The notes under the pieces are model-generated. The model worked only from the letters and a program-made list of their open reading frames with translations. It had not been told where the DNA came from and did no database searches. A stretch of DNA of 63,870 nucleotides, counting the filler, from Octopus bimaculoides (lineage: Eukaryota), in assembly GCF_001194135.2 (NCBI RefSeq). It is 7 parts of 7 records of this genome, joined end to end, with 100 filler letters (N's around TTAATTAATTAA, not from the genome) between each part and the next. Parts side by side here need not be neighbours in the genome. Positions count along the whole stretch, not along the records: positions 1 to 26,764 come from NC_069002.1; 6 more parts are not named here. One strand, given 5' to 3'. Numbering within the stretch: position 1 is the first letter of the stretch; every line of letters begins with the position of its first letter. The translations under genes were made by a program, and so were the position numbers. Shown piece after piece: positions 1 through 13,904 of the stretch.

Positions 1-190
1 ATATATATATATATATATATATATACATACCATATTATATACATACATAGATTTACATATATCATGTTAAATTGATATTACATTATATTAGTATATTATA
101 TTATATATATTATATGGTGCATATACTACATTGTGATATATATATATATTATATATATTTGCATGCATGTATGTAATGCATATCTACATC

Positions 191-221
<31 letters not shown>

Positions 222-230
222 ATGCACCCA
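1..230. repeat. (TA)n/(TATG)n compound microsatellite
   Basis: Direct reading of dinucleotide and tetranucleotide runs; similar tracts recur throughout the window, usually flanking N gaps. Confidence 0.95.
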
Positions 231-2020
231 TGTAGGCACGTATATATTTATCACAATATATTTTTAATACAATTGGGTAGATAGAAATCTCGGAAAGTCA
301 CTTCCATATTGAAAGGTTCCACGCGTATTGGAAAAGCCAGATAGGCTTTCCTTAACGGAATTAATAGACCGAACCTCATGGCAGGTTATACAAGATAGCT
401 GAACAGCGTGTTCTCATTTATATGAATCATTTTCATTTAATGTTTGAACGAATTAGTGTTGAACGAATGTGATGAGATTTTATGTGGTCAATAACTTCCC
501 GAATGGCTTTAAAAAGCACCTTGTCATGGAGCCTAATGTATGTGATTTGTTTTTAATTTGACAGGTAGTTTTAGGATCTCTGATTAAACATGAACCACAT
601 TATTCATATTTGGCTTGAAGGCAATGAGAGATCATAAGGTTTCCTCTATCCTGTTCTATGCCGATACAATGATCTTACGTATTCACCAAGAAAGAAAACA
701 AACACCACTATACTTAAGACTAATTTATTATGATGGTTGGCGGAAACCTTCTAAAATGGAAGAGATACAGGGGAACAGTGAAACTGCGACAATATAAGTA
801 CAGCAGCATAAAAATGTGCAGGTTTGAAATATAATGAAAATGAATTCAAACAAAAATATTTACGATACAAATACAGTTTTATTAAAACTCTGAAGTTGCT
901 GCGTGGACTTTTAACTTCTTCATATCATCTGAGGTCATAGACACAATTTTTTTTCCTGCTTAAAATGGAAGTTTTAAGTTTTCCTCTACGAGTTGAATTA
1001 AGGTATAAACTTTGGTTTGGATCGATAGTAAACACAGTATGTATTATTTTTTTTCTTCTTTTCTAAAAAGTAATCACGGCCATTTCCCTTCGGGTTACAT
1101 TTAACGAGGTTTTGTCCTCCCGAATAGGCCAACCCCTGATTTTTATTTATTGAAATGAAAATAATCATGGAAAATAATTTTGCGTGATGGGATTAAATAT
1201 TTGCAGCTATTGCTTACTAAGCTCTATTTCTTCAGCTTGCCAATATCCTTAAGATAAATAATTAATCGCTCTGTCCTTTCGTGCGATAAATAATAGCATC
1301 TGTGTATTGGTTTTTCGTGACCAATGTTATCTATCAGTAAATAATCTGTAGGAATAGAAGTTGTGACGCTGAGTCTTTTGTCATTAAACACAACTAAGCA
1401 TTGAATCCCAGTCGCCAAATCTGTTATCCAACAGCCTAGTTAGAGATTTTCTTTACAACGTCACATTTTACTTTATTAATTACAAGTTAGGTAATTTTAC
1501 ATTCCTTATCTAAAATAAAACTCAGTGGTATCAGGAGCATGAGATTTGGCATGACATCGAGTAGAATAATATTTATTGTCGATTACAAATCAAAATAATG
1601 CTATAAATAATTAACATGTTAGAAATGAATGCTCCGTAGGGAAATAATATTGTTTTTAAAACGCGAGTGTTCGTCGTGTATATTACGGGAAGGTTTTAAT
1701 GAGGCTGCCATAAGCACGATTTTATAGAAGGATATTGTGACAGACAAAAAAATATCTGTATTAAAATCGTGTTGTGAACCTGTATAACACAGTTTCAATT
1801 CCAGCCTGGAATCAATACTTTTTTTTTTTTTTCACAAGCTTGAGAATCAGAAATTTGTATTGCAAACATGAAATCACACAACAAATTAAGAATTTCTTGA
1901 AGAATAGTTAGTGCTGTGGCTTACGGTATGGATCTTTAATAAAATATATTTCGTTTTAAATATGAATAAACAGTTCTATGCATATTTTGTATTTCGTAGT
2001 TATTTAGTCTAGAAGAAATG

Positions 2021-2062
2021 ATATTCTTCACATCTTTCGCTGACGAAAGATGTGAAGAATAT
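2021..2062. repeat. Perfect 19-bp inverted repeat with 4-nt loop
   Basis: ATATTCTTCACATCTTTCG (2021-2039), loop CTGA, CGAAAGATGTGAAGAATAT (2044-2062) is the exact reverse complement. Confidence 0.95.
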
Positions 2063-2232
2063 GTGAAATCTAGACGTAGATGATATTCTGCTCAAACTTC
2101 ATGAAGGCAGCGATACTGGGAAAAACATTGACAAAGAATGGATTCTGATGGGATTAAGTTTTAAATAGTAAAGATTAGTTACATTGTTTGGTACGGCACC
2201 TTGTGTGACAGGCACACTATCGATGACGGTGG

Positions 2233-2288
2233 GTGAAACGTGAGTGAAACGTGAGTGAAACGTGAGTGAAACGTGAGGTGAAATGTGA
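2233..2288. repeat. 11-bp minisatellite (GTGAAACGTGA)x4 plus a degenerate fifth unit
   Basis: Four exact tandem units at 2233-2276, then GTGAAATGTGA. Confidence 0.95.
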
Positions 2289-4902
2289 CGACGAGAACGC
2301 AAGTCACTTTAGTGGCGATATAACATGTATGAACGCCACAGTAGAAATCTGTTGGTAAACAAATATATATGGATAATTCGGATGGATGTTTACTGAATGT
2401 GGCTCAGGTCACATTATTGTGCACCAGTAGCAGCGGCACATACAGGGAAACAGCATCATATGCAATTGTAGAACGTATGTACAACAAATCACTTAGATTT
2501 TCTGTACCAGACGCAGATACTTTTATGCAAACAAACATTATGGCTTCAAGGTAAACCACTCCTGATATACACAGGTTTCGTTTTAACTAAAGACATGCAT
2601 TAATGGACATGGAGAAAATTAGGAATCTACACCCGGCTAATTGAAAAAAGTCCCAACTTATAGCAAATAATCTTTCCTCACTTGCTATAATCACAAGGTA
2701 AGTAAACATCTATAAGTTGCCAAAAATATGCAGCATTTCAATATCGGACAGTCCTCCGGTGTTTAACACACAGTTATAATTTAACAACGTTGTTTCATAA
2801 AGACAAGAATACATTTTTAAAGTCATATAGTCTTTCAGATCTGATCGGTAGAGGATAGAAAGGAATAGCCACATATAAGTTAAAATTCAGAATCATGACA
2901 AATGACTAATTAACAGATCCTTGTCGAGGCTCTGGCTTACAGAAGCGCTGCTTAATCAAACCATTCGTTTTACACTGGTTACGGTATCCACCTTTTTTAT
3001 TATATTATCTGCCTACTGTAGTGACTCAGAAGCAACCTGTGTGTGCATTTACCACACTCTTCTGATCCTCATCATTCATTTTCCCACAATAAACACCCCT
3101 ATTCCCTACTTACACCTCTTCTTTGGGAACGACATACTATTCACGTCTATTCTGCAGATTTTGAAGTTGAACATTAACGTTAAAAATAACCCCGGTTATA
3201 ATTGAAATAGATCACCTTCAACGGGTACATTTGGCAGATTTATCATGTGATACACGTATTAGTATTTACTTTCCACCCTCTTCAAAAACACCGTTGTCTT
3301 CAGTGTTTGTGTCCTATGTTATAATAAATAATCATTTAAAGATATTTCTATATTCAGAACGAGCAATTTGTTAATATTAAAGACCAAACTTAGCGTGACG
3401 AATATTATTTGAATTAGAACTGAATTTGATTCTTTCAATGACAAGGGTAAAAAATCACGTATTAGTCTATAAAATGGTATCCTCTAATAAAATAACCTTT
3501 TTTCGCCCCACCTGTTTTATTTATACAACCACGAGTTCACATGCTACTGATATTAACATTTGTTTCGTCCTTCCAAGATCGATAAAATATAGTACCTGTT
3601 AATCGATGTCATCGATTAACACTCACAGCTAGAAATTAGGGGCCTTATACCTAAAACATTCAGCAATATTTACACTGAAGCTCAAATGAAATACATAGAT
3701 TTATTGTGAAGAAGGAACGTCGACAATAATGTAAATCTGGTTTAGGTTCCGTCTCAAGTCCTTAATGAAGGATTTGAATAAGATCCGACCTCAGGGGTAA
3801 ACAACAATTGCAACGATTCTTATATGAAGCAGTAGGGACGGAGCCCTACTCGTTGTGAAACCCTGTTACAAATACCAGTCAAGTATCCACCTTTTACACT
3901 CCTCGTTGAAAAAGACAAATAATCTAGCTATTGCATTTCTAGTCCTTAATTGAGAGACGAAACGTTCATGCCTGGGACCACAAAAACAAGATAACTAACA
4001 ATGGCAGCACGAACAACTTCCCTTATAGAATTCAAATAACTCTTCCCCTCACCTTTAAACTGGATAGAACGAACAGTTCTAAATATGAATGTTGAATTGA
4101 TCTCAGAGAGTTTGGATTCATTTTCAGCAGCATCGACCAGGTTGAAAATCTCGCACATTCTTTGTTTAGTCGTTCCAATTTACATGATTGCTTGCTTCCT
4201 TTCAATTCAACTACAAACTTAGTGATTTTTATTCTTTAAATTTTCGACTTTAATTAATTTTACGAAACTCTGGCTAACATGTTTCTTTTCAAACTTTATA
4301 TAATGGAATTCTGCAAATACGAAGTATTTGCCAAAGAAATAAAAATGATAATATTGATAATAAGGATTAATGCGATTGACAAATCATGATGATTATTATA
4401 ATGATTGAGAATAAGAAAACCGATTGGAATAATCATAAAATATCTTGTCGATCAGACGCTACAAAATAACAAAAAAAAAATGTAAAAATCAACATTTTTT
4501 TTTTCAAGAGTCATTAATTTTCGGAATAAGCAAATGTGCTTCACACTTCGTCGAACAGATTAAATGAATTAAAACAGATTTAATCATGCAGCAATTCTTT
4601 CAATACATATAATCATCCGACTGGAAATAATTTCTTTTTAAACAGCATATAAATTTAGACATCAGCATCACAAAGAATAATCATACAGCAAACTTCAATG
4701 CCAAATTCATCAGCTGCTTTTACAGTACAATAATTTCTGTCTTGTTACAATATTTTCTCCATTTATCTATTTACTCGTGCATCTATCTAGGAGTGTTGCG
4801 TTTTCGCTTTCTTCGGTTGTCTCTGCCCCTCTTACTGAATCGGGTTTGAGAGCTGGTTTATATATGAGTGTGTGTGCGCTTGTGTGTGTGTGTATGAGCG
4901 TG

Positions 4903-4938
<36 letters not shown>

Positions 4939-5185
4939 TACATGTATGAATGAGCTGTATTTATTTACATTAGTGAGGCTGTGTTACAGCGCCTGACTGT
5001 GCGATGTCAATGTAATTGAAGATAACTTCATTATTTTCAATTCGGTGTATGGGTTTCTCTACAAATACTCCCATTATCTTTGATTCCAATTTGCCGTGAA
5101 TTCATATGGATATACATATACACACCTAAATACCTACCTACCTACATACATACATACATACATACATCATACAAACACACACACA

Positions 5186-5231
<46 letters not shown>

Positions 5232-5811
5232 NNNNNNNNNNNNNNNNNNNNNNNNNNNNNNNNNNNNNNNNNNNNNNNNNNNNNNNNNNNNNNNNNNNNN
5301 NNNNNNNNNNNNNNNNNNNNNNNNNNNNNNNNNNNNNNNNNNNNNNNNNNNNNNNNNNNNNNNNNNNNNNNNNNNNNNNNNNNNNNNNNNNNNNNNNNNN
5401 NNNNNNNNNNNNNNNNNNNNNNNNNNNNNNNNNNNNNNNNNNNNNNNNNNNNNNNNNNNNNNNNNNNNNNNNNNNNNNNNNNNNNNNNNNNNNNNNNNNN
5501 NNNNNNNNNNNNNNNNNNNNNNNNNNNNNNNNNNNNNNNNNNNNNNNNNNNNNNNNNNNNNNNNNNNNNNNNNNNNNNNNNNNNNNNNNNNNNNNNNNNN
5601 NNNNNNNNNNNNNNNNNNNNNNNNNNNNNNNNNNNNNNNNNNNNNNNNNNNNNNNNNNNNNNNNNNNNNNNNNNNNNNNNNNNNNNNNNNNNNNNNNNNN
5701 NNNNNNNNNNNNNNNNNNNNNNNNNNNNNNNNNNNNNNNNNNNNNNNNNNNNNNNNNNNNNNNNNNNNNNNNNNNNNNNNNNNATATATATACACATACA
5801 CACACATATAC

Positions 5812-5842
<31 letters not shown>

Positions 5843-6285
5843 TACACACACACAGGCACACCAGCAGCATAACTACATAGATGATTTTGTTGACATTCAT
5901 ACATGCATATATACATATGCTATAACACCGCCCGAAATAAGATTCCAATATCTAAGTATTATCCAAGGCAAATTAGTCAATGTAAGGAACCTCCACAAAC
6001 CATGGATTCGCAAGCACTTTCCGCTTAACTAGGATGATAAGCAACTTAGAATAACGAGACTAACGCATAGCAAACAAGCATAACATATATGTAATTTCTT
6101 CATCATCTGCCAAATGAATATTACTGTGATTTCAACACCTTCCTATACCAATGGAACCCGGCGTGTCAACAGCGCATTGCCGCTGCATGGATATCGTATC
6201 AAGAGTAAGCAGCAGAAAGAAGATGGTAGCATATTGTGTCCATTAACTTCCTGCTCATATAAAGAAATGTATTTTGCAACTATAA

Positions 6286-6498
6286 TTTCTACTCTCGGCA
6301 CAAGGCCTTGAACACTTTGGGAGGAAGAGGAAAGTCGATTACATCTACCCCAGTGTGTAACTGGTACTTATTTCATCGACCGTGAAAGGATGAAGGACAA
6401 AGTCGACCTCGGCGGGTTTTGAACTCAGAACGTAGCGGTACACGAAATACCGCTGTGCATTTCGCCCGGCATGCTAAAGATTGTGCAAGCACCGCCTT
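6286..6498 (-). mobile_element. tRNA-derived SINE, family A
   Basis: Reverse complement of the AGGCGG..GAGCTGGCAGAA..GTTCTGAGTTCAAATTCCGCCGAGGTCGAC..CTGGGGTCGAT..GGCCTTGTGCC unit that recurs many times in the window. Confidence 0.85.
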
Positions 6499-7856
6499 TT
6501 TTATGACAAAATAATAAGATAATCTGTATTCAACTACAAATATTATCTATATGAACGTTGTACTTGGCTGAAATTTTGTTTTATTCCTTTCTTACATTAA
6601 AAACACTGTGTAGAATTTGTGTAGCAATTCGCCCCACAAAATTAAAATTTTCCAAAATTATGAATTGGGAGCTGTGTCAACGTAAGTAAGCTTCATCGAA
6701 AGCCGCCGACCACCACACTGTGCGGTACTTCTTGGTGTTAGTTGACTCACTGAACTTCTGCCAGGTGTGTCAATTCGCCCACCAACAAACGCGGTTCATT
6801 TTCGATCCACTAGAAACAGCTAGCCTGCTAAGTGGAATTGACCTTCTGATCAAGCCATTCATATAAAATGGCCCAAATCCTCAAAGCCCACTCATAATTG
6901 TGTTGAAGGTGTTTAGCCAAAAAGCAAGATCTTCAATGCAGAAAGAATGTGGCCATCTTCCGAAAACTGAATGGCGTTTAATAATCAGTGCAACTCATAC
7001 AACTCACTTTTTGGTCAGCAAAGAATATTCTAATGCATTGCCTGCTGAACATCGCATATTGCCGTCTTCCAAACTGAGGCCGTTAATTTTCTTCGCATGG
7101 CAAAAGAATCTCCACCAATTTGGCGGACCTATCTCTGCTTCCCTCCTATCTCACCGACGATGTTTACCCACCAAGGGGTCGATCGCTTCACTACTCTGAC
7201 CTCACATTACACACAATTGGAGAATTTCTTTCAAATGTATCCATTTCCTGCCCAGCCTGTTCCTATCGCTTACATGCGCTCCTCCTTTATCTTTTCCTTC
7301 CTCTTCGTTTTCCTCTCTTATTCCTCAGGTCCTTATTCCACTAATTTTTTGAGAGACACATGCACACACACACATGCATGCACACACGCACACATGCATG
7401 CATATATACATACATACATACATACAGGTAGATAGATAGTTAGATAGATATACATCCACCAACACATAATTATTCAGATACACACGCAAACACACACACA
7501 ATATATGTATATANNNNNNNNNNNNNNNNNNNNNNNNNNNNNNNNNNNNNNNNNNNNNNNNNNNNNNNNNNNNNNNNNNNNNNNNNNNNNNNNNNNNNNN
7601 NNNNNNNNNNNNNNNNNNNNNNNNNNNNNNNNNNNNNNNNNNNNNNNNNNNNNNNNNNNNNNNNNNNNNNNNNNNNNNNNNNNNNNNNNNNNNNNNNNNN
7701 NNNNNNNGTGTGTGTGTGTGTGTGTGTGCATATATATACAGAGAACCGAGTCAACATTATTGTTACAACCCATGCTTAGAACAATAACTTATTAAGTTAT
7801 ATTTGCTTCTAATTGACATGAATTGTTTAAAAATATTAATTCTTTAAACTCCTGTG

Positions 7857-8749
7857 TACAACGTGTAATCAAAAGGTTCCCGGACTAGATATGTTTAATT
7901 TTTTTAAAAATTGCTTATCTAAGTTTCAACATCATCTTCTTCGAAATAGTCACCTTGCGCAGTATTACACCAGTCCCGATGTTCCTGCACTTTTGGAATC
8001 CATCTTTGCAGTCGTATTCTGTAAGCGAATCGAGAACTTTCTGCGATTTGTGTTGGATCTCTACAACGATGTTAAAACTGTGACATTTGAACTGTATTTT
8101 CAGCTTATGGAAGAGACGAGATCCGCAGGTGCTAAATTAGGTGGATAGAGCCGGTGTGGAAGCGATACCATGTTTTTGTCAAGAATCTCAAGAATGAGGA
8201 ATGCTTGGTTATAGAAGGCAATGTTGTCGTAACGAATCGAATACTTCGCGCTTCACAAATCTGCTCGCTTTTGCCGAATGTCGTCCCTCAAACACTTCAA
8301 AATGTCATACTAGAATGAAATCTCCATGCACAAGACGGCGGATGACGAAGGAACAATGAGTATGCTCTCGATTGAGTTCTGGCTCTGTCTTTACTTTTGA
8401 AGCGCCCGTGCCACTTGAAAAATTGTGTACGACTCATTGCCTCGTCATCGTAAGCATTCCGAAGCATGCTCAACGTCTCTGAAACAGACTTCCCAAGTTT
8501 AACGCTAAATTTCACGTTGGCTTTTTGTTCCAACTTTCTGTCCATGACAAAAATCGTAGACTGCAGCATACTCGTAATCACGAAAATGCAAATTTCACAG
8601 CTTGCGAAATAAACCCAGTGGTGTTACTCGGTACGCTCCCTCATGATGGTTACTGCTAGCCACTTCCCCCCATTGTGCACGCAACCGTGTGGTGTCATCT
8701 GTTGGCCCATGATAGAATTAGTTCGGAAAATTTTAGATACCACCTCGTA
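7857..8749 (-). mobile_element. Internally deleted mariner DNA transposon
   Basis: TA-flanked imperfect TIRs (about 20/29 matches). Minus ORF MDRKLEQKANVKFSVKLGKSVSETLSMLRNAYDDEAMSRTQFFKWHGRFK is a mariner N-terminal HTH. Degenerate C-terminal TPALST*FSTCGSRLFHKLK corresponds to the PPYSPDLAPxDFxLFPKLK motif. Confidence 0.85.
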
Positions 8750-10416
8750 TCATATCTTGAACGAAACTTTCTGAGATAAGTCACATTTTGCGCGAATTAG
8801 GTTTTATTCGGGCCACAGTTTGAATGGTGCATGTTTTACAAGAATATTTGCGCTTCGATCTCTTCACTATATATTTTTTTTTAATGCAGTCAGTATCAGA
8901 TTTAATATCAAGACAATTATATACACATAACTTACGAACAGGTTTTGAATGTTTTAGAATCTCCTTCATCTTGTCATTCACCTTATGGAGCAAATATGTC
9001 TTTATTCGTTTGGAGAATATACAGTACCAATGAATAATGATTGGCGATAATGAAATCAAAGAACTGTATTAAATTTAAAGTAATGAAATGCATAAAGGAT
9101 TCAATTTAAATGTTTTCTTTCTTCTACTTCATCTTTCATAATTTACTTTCGTGTTTGTTTATCAAGAAACGTTTGCGATAATTTAACTAGTTTCCGTCTG
9201 AAGACTTTAATTAATTCTCCAATAATATCTAGAAGCCATATTATTAAATGAAGAGGATAATGTATGGGGGAAAAAAGAAACAACAAAGTATGAATTACAT
9301 ATAGAAATATAAACCAACAACAACATAATGATGAGACATCGTAGTAATTTGAAGTTTTTATGATGATTAAACCAATTTGAACATCAAATATTAAAGTAGA
9401 CAATGTTATAGAAGACATATTTTCTTCTGAATTACTTGAAGCCGGGAATACATTCTTACTTAGTTTATAGCTGAAAGAAATCTTCCTTTCTTCCTGCTGT
9501 ATGTCGAATATTATTACTTTTAATAAGGACTAATCAGCGAGGAACGTATCTTAAAAAAGATACTGCTTTATGATGCCAGAGCTGACGCGAGACCCTATAG
9601 AAACCAATAAAAAAAACCATAACAGATTGCAATAAACTTATCTCCAAACATTTTATTTTTGTACCACGATCATAGAACCCCATTCTATTTCACTCATCAA
9701 AGTCATTGTAAGTGATATGCTGAGAGCCAAATGATATAAGTGTCCCGTAGCTGTTGAGGTGTATATGGGTTTCATTGAGTTTAGGAATAAAGTACAGAAG
9801 ATGCGATCATTTTATGTTACTTCTCTCGCTATTTTATAATTAAACATCTTCTTACAACAAAGATTTGGTTATTATTTGTACCAAGACCAACAAATGTACA
9901 GCAACGTCATATACGTAGATTTGATCTAGCAATTAGACCCAGGTTAGCTTTTTCCAATCAGCATTGATGTTCTTTAATGCAGCCATCAGTGTGTACATAG
10001 AACGGAATTTGACTGATATTTCTAACAGATTTTAAAGCTCTCTCGGCGCTCAGTCACAGCTAGGTGTTAATCTTTTAAGATGGGATATTAAAAAATCAAA
10101 AAATACTGCAGGTTTTTTTCTAATAAAGAGTTTCGCTTAAAATCAGCCTCTAAAATCTAACTCTGAGTATCTGAGTGGATTTTAAGTGAACGGAGCAGTA
10201 AATTATTTTGCTAGGTTGAAAAGTTCATTACTTTAAGAATTATAGTCATACGCCGCCTTTCATATACTATATTCTTTACCGTAAATTGCTGTTATCACAG
10301 TTTTCATTTTAACTAAAGAAATGTAATGCATGTTTATAAAAATGTGTGTATCTATACATATATGTATGTATGTAAATATGTATGTATGTATGGATGGATG
10401 GATGGATGGATGGATG

Positions 10417-10459
<43 letters not shown>

Positions 10460-11044
10460 TCAATGAACTCATGATTTACGGTGTTTGGTATTGACAGATT
10501 TTACACCACTTGCAAGAAACCCAACGTTTAGGCGCTATATATATATTAAGGAATATATACAGTAAGTTATATATATATATATATTTATATATANNNNNNN
10601 NNNNNNNNNNNNNNNNNNNNNNNNNNNNNNNNNNNNNNNNNNNNNNNNNNNNNNNNNNNNNNNNNNNNNNNNNNNNNNNNNNNNNNNNNNNNNNNNNNNN
10701 NNNNNNNNNNNNNNNNNNNNNNNNNNNNNNNNNNNNNNNNNNNNNNNNNNNNNNNNNNNNNNNNNNNNNNNNNNNNNNNNNNNNNNNNNNNNNNNNNNNN
10801 NNNNNNNNNNNNNNNNNNNNNNNNNNNNNNNNNNNNNNNNNNNNNNNNNNNNNNNNNNNNNNNNNNNNNNNNNNNNNNNNNNNNNNNNNNNNNNNNNNNN
10901 NNNNNNNNNNNNNNNNNNNNNNNTATATATATATATATATATATATTAATAATAATAATATGAAAACAAAAGAATTAATGAGACCTCGATATTTTGTAAA
11001 TAGAGGAATTTATCTATAATATAATATGTGACAATTAGTCGGTT

Positions 11045-11115
11045 GCAATAATAAAACTCAGAGTTTTGGATGTTGGGGCGGAGGTCTGCTGCGGCAACTC
11101 GTCAGTTATTAAGTC
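11045..11115 (-). ncRNA. Type I hammerhead ribozyme, probably inactive (G12 to A)
   Basis: Minus strand GACTTAATAA-CTGACGA-G..stem II (degraded)..C-AAAA-CTCTGAGT-T-TTATTATTGC; the GAAA box reads AAAA. Confidence 0.65.
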
Positions 11116-11483
11116 AAAGAAAAATGCTATGAAAATGAGCGTTAAATAAAGGTAAATTACTATGAAGATGACCGTTATTAAGACAAACATGAGAGCTATG
11201 AGAATGCGTGTGTGTAGGAGCGTATGCATGTGTTTCACGTGAATGTGAGTTCATGCATATGTGCACATGCATGTGAGTGTGCGTGCGTGCATGTGTATGT
11301 ATATGCGCACATACGCGTATTCTATGAGCGTGGTTTTGCCTTCGAGTAACTTTATTTTCTCCCTGTTAGGATAATTTCCCTTTATGTAACCGTCATTCTC
11401 ATAGCTCTTTTGTTTGTCTTAATAACGGTCAACTTCATAGTAATTTCTCTTTATATAACGTTCATCTTCATAGCATTTTGTTT

Positions 11484-11554
11484 GTCTTCATAAAGGATGA
11501 GATGCCGGAGCAGACTTCCGCCCCGACATCCGAAACTCTGAGTTTTATTATGGC
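11484..11554 (+). ncRNA. Type I hammerhead ribozyme, probably inactive (CUGAUGA to AGGAUGA)
   Basis: GTCTTCATAA-AGGATGA-GATGCCGG..CCGACATC-C-GAAA-CTCTGAGT-T-TTATTATGGC. Confidence 0.65.
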
Positions 11555-11580
11555 AACCGACTAATTGTCACATATCATAT

Positions 11581-11672
<92 letters not shown>

Positions 11673-12762
11673 CAGTAAGGAATGCAACGAAATATGATAA
11701 CCACATTGACTAAAAATGCTCACTGACAATATATCACTTTGGGATAACGAATAGCCAGCATCAAAGACTTTACCAGACAATTTCCTTCCACAGAAATATT
11801 TTACGATATCGCATCGTGGAAATATACGATCTTGTGAGATAGTATCTCTTACACGTTCTTGCATGAAATGGTCACTAATCGTCATGTCTCTTAAACTAGA
11901 AGACGTCTGACTTACAAAATGTATTTCACTTTAGGCGTATTAGATAGGAATGATATCCACTCATTTAAACACTTTCCGTTCTAAAATTGCTACAGAGTCT
12001 TATTTAACAGCAGCTGTCTTCCATGAATGTATACTAGATGCTATTATCTGTCTTTTATTAAGCATCAGCTTTGGATCATGCTACCAATCTACGGTGCTTA
12101 AAAGTCTTATTATCTCATCATTTCCATTCACACCTCGAATAATGAAATATAGATTAAGATTACTGGTAACGGATTCGAAAAGAGCATTTCTCCAAAACAC
12201 ATTGACTGTCTACGGAATTAATTGATACACCATACATATGGTTCACACTACCTTTTATTCAATATTACTTCTCATATTACAAATGCATTCCTTTCCTGAA
12301 CAGATCAGCATTCCCCTGTCAACTATAGAACACAATTTGACACAAAGTCGTAAAATAATCTTCAGCTGCAAGAAGAAAATGCTACATACTATCTCAGAAA
12401 CACATACACCCCATACTCATATAGAAAGCGTAATGAATACAAAGTATATTTAGCGCGCTATGCATAAGACATAGTGTATGGAATATGCAGCTGATACAGG
12501 TATCATGTCATCTTAGATATTTGTCCCTTAGTGAGAAACAAAATATCTGAGGAAACAGAATACCTATTTGATTATTCATGATAGATAAATTATAGATATA
12601 TGTATCTATTAATCAACCTAGTTATACGCCCATACGTCTGTCTATGTATCTCACACATACATACATCACAAATGTACATAAGAGATATCGAATGATAAAT
12701 ATATAACAGTAATACGAGGAGACATTTGAAAATGTAATCAAATAATATTTACACACATATAA

Positions 12763-12794
<32 letters not shown>

Positions 12795-12799
12795 GTGTT

Positions 12800-12839
<40 letters not shown>

Positions 12840-13904
12840 TGTGAGTGTATGTTTGTCTGCGTACACAGTGTGAGACAGGAGAAGGCATGTTTCTTATTAC
12901 AGTGGTATAATCTTATATGAATTTCACAGGAAGAATTTCGAGTATAAAACTTTCATACTTGTATCATAAGTTTTTTCAGCAACTGTCTGAGCCTGCATCA
13001 CTAATAAGGAGAACTGCATAAACTTTAGAACAATAACACTTACGCAGTTATGAATGACACAACTAATATAAAGGCACAGTTCATGACAGATTTCACCACT
13101 AATTCAAGTAAACATACGGCACATTTCGGTATCCATCCTCTCCACTTTCATTCCCTGGGTCCTTGTACACGGTGTAAGTTTCCTTTGTTATATATAAATA
13201 TCTATATATTTATACGTGGATATTCATCGTCTGAAATGTTTCAGTCATTGATTTCTCTCTCCCTTCATATATGTGTGTGTGTGTGTGTGTGTGCGTGTGT
13301 GTGTGTGTGTGTGTGTGCGTGTGTATGTGTTTGTATGTATGTATTTATGTATATATATNNNNNNNNNNNNNNNNNNNNNNNNNNNNNNNNNNNNNNNNNN
13401 NNNNNNNNNNNNNNNNNNNNNNNNNNNNNNNNNNNNNNNNNNNNNNNNNNNNNNNNNNNNNNNNNNNNNNNNNNNNNNNNNNNNNNNNNNNNNNNNNNNN
13501 NNNNNNNNNNNNNNNNNNNNNNNNNNNNNNNNNNNNNNNNNNNNNNNNNNNNNNNNNNNNNNNNNNNNNNNNNNNNNNNNNNNNNNNNNNNNNNNNNNNN
13601 NNNNNNNNNNNNNNNNNNNNNNNNNNNNNNNNNNNNNNNNNNNNNNNNNNNNNNNNNNNNNNNNNNNNNNNNNNNNNNNNNNNNNNNNNNNNNNNNNNTA
13701 CATTTCAAAACCTCTCAGAGAGATTTATACAGTAGCAGCACGATAAAGTGATGGTATGTTGCCAAATTTATGTGGCAGTTCCATGAAAGGGAAGAATGCT
13801 ACTGCTATTTCCGTCCACAGTTGCAGACGACGCATTTTCTTTGTCCTTATGTTCTCAAAGGGGAGATAAGCACCCCACCTAGCAAAGCATGCATTAAGAA
13901 AGTA

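Larger units (their letters stand above)
10950..11584. mobile_element. Fold-back element with ~190-bp inverted arms, each carrying a hammerhead motif (Penelope-like pLTR/retrozyme-like)
   Basis: 11015-11206 is the reverse complement of 11394-11584 with scattered substitutions. Homologous to 17915-18125. Flanked by (TA)n. Confidence 0.8.

Noticed and set aside
280-620. RIGKAR*AF, an RTE-like peptide
   Set aside because: A single short motif without supporting flanking motifs.
2040-2080. CTGACGA..GAAA hammerhead-like boxes
   Set aside because: No helix II or helix I pairing, and position 17 would be G; the CTGA is simply the hairpin loop.
2233-2288. CRISPR-like array or other prokaryotic system
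   Set aside because: Tandem units have no spacers, and the window is eukaryotic with no cas-like or operon-like ORFs.
2369-2554. 61-aa ORF ending at an AAG|GTAAAC donor-like site
   Set aside because: No recognisable homology and no partner exons; compatible with chance.
3821-3870. AGTAGGG/CCCTACT stem followed by GAAAC..GTT
   Set aside because: The upstream box reads TATATGA rather than CTGANGA and helix I does not form; at most a very old relic.
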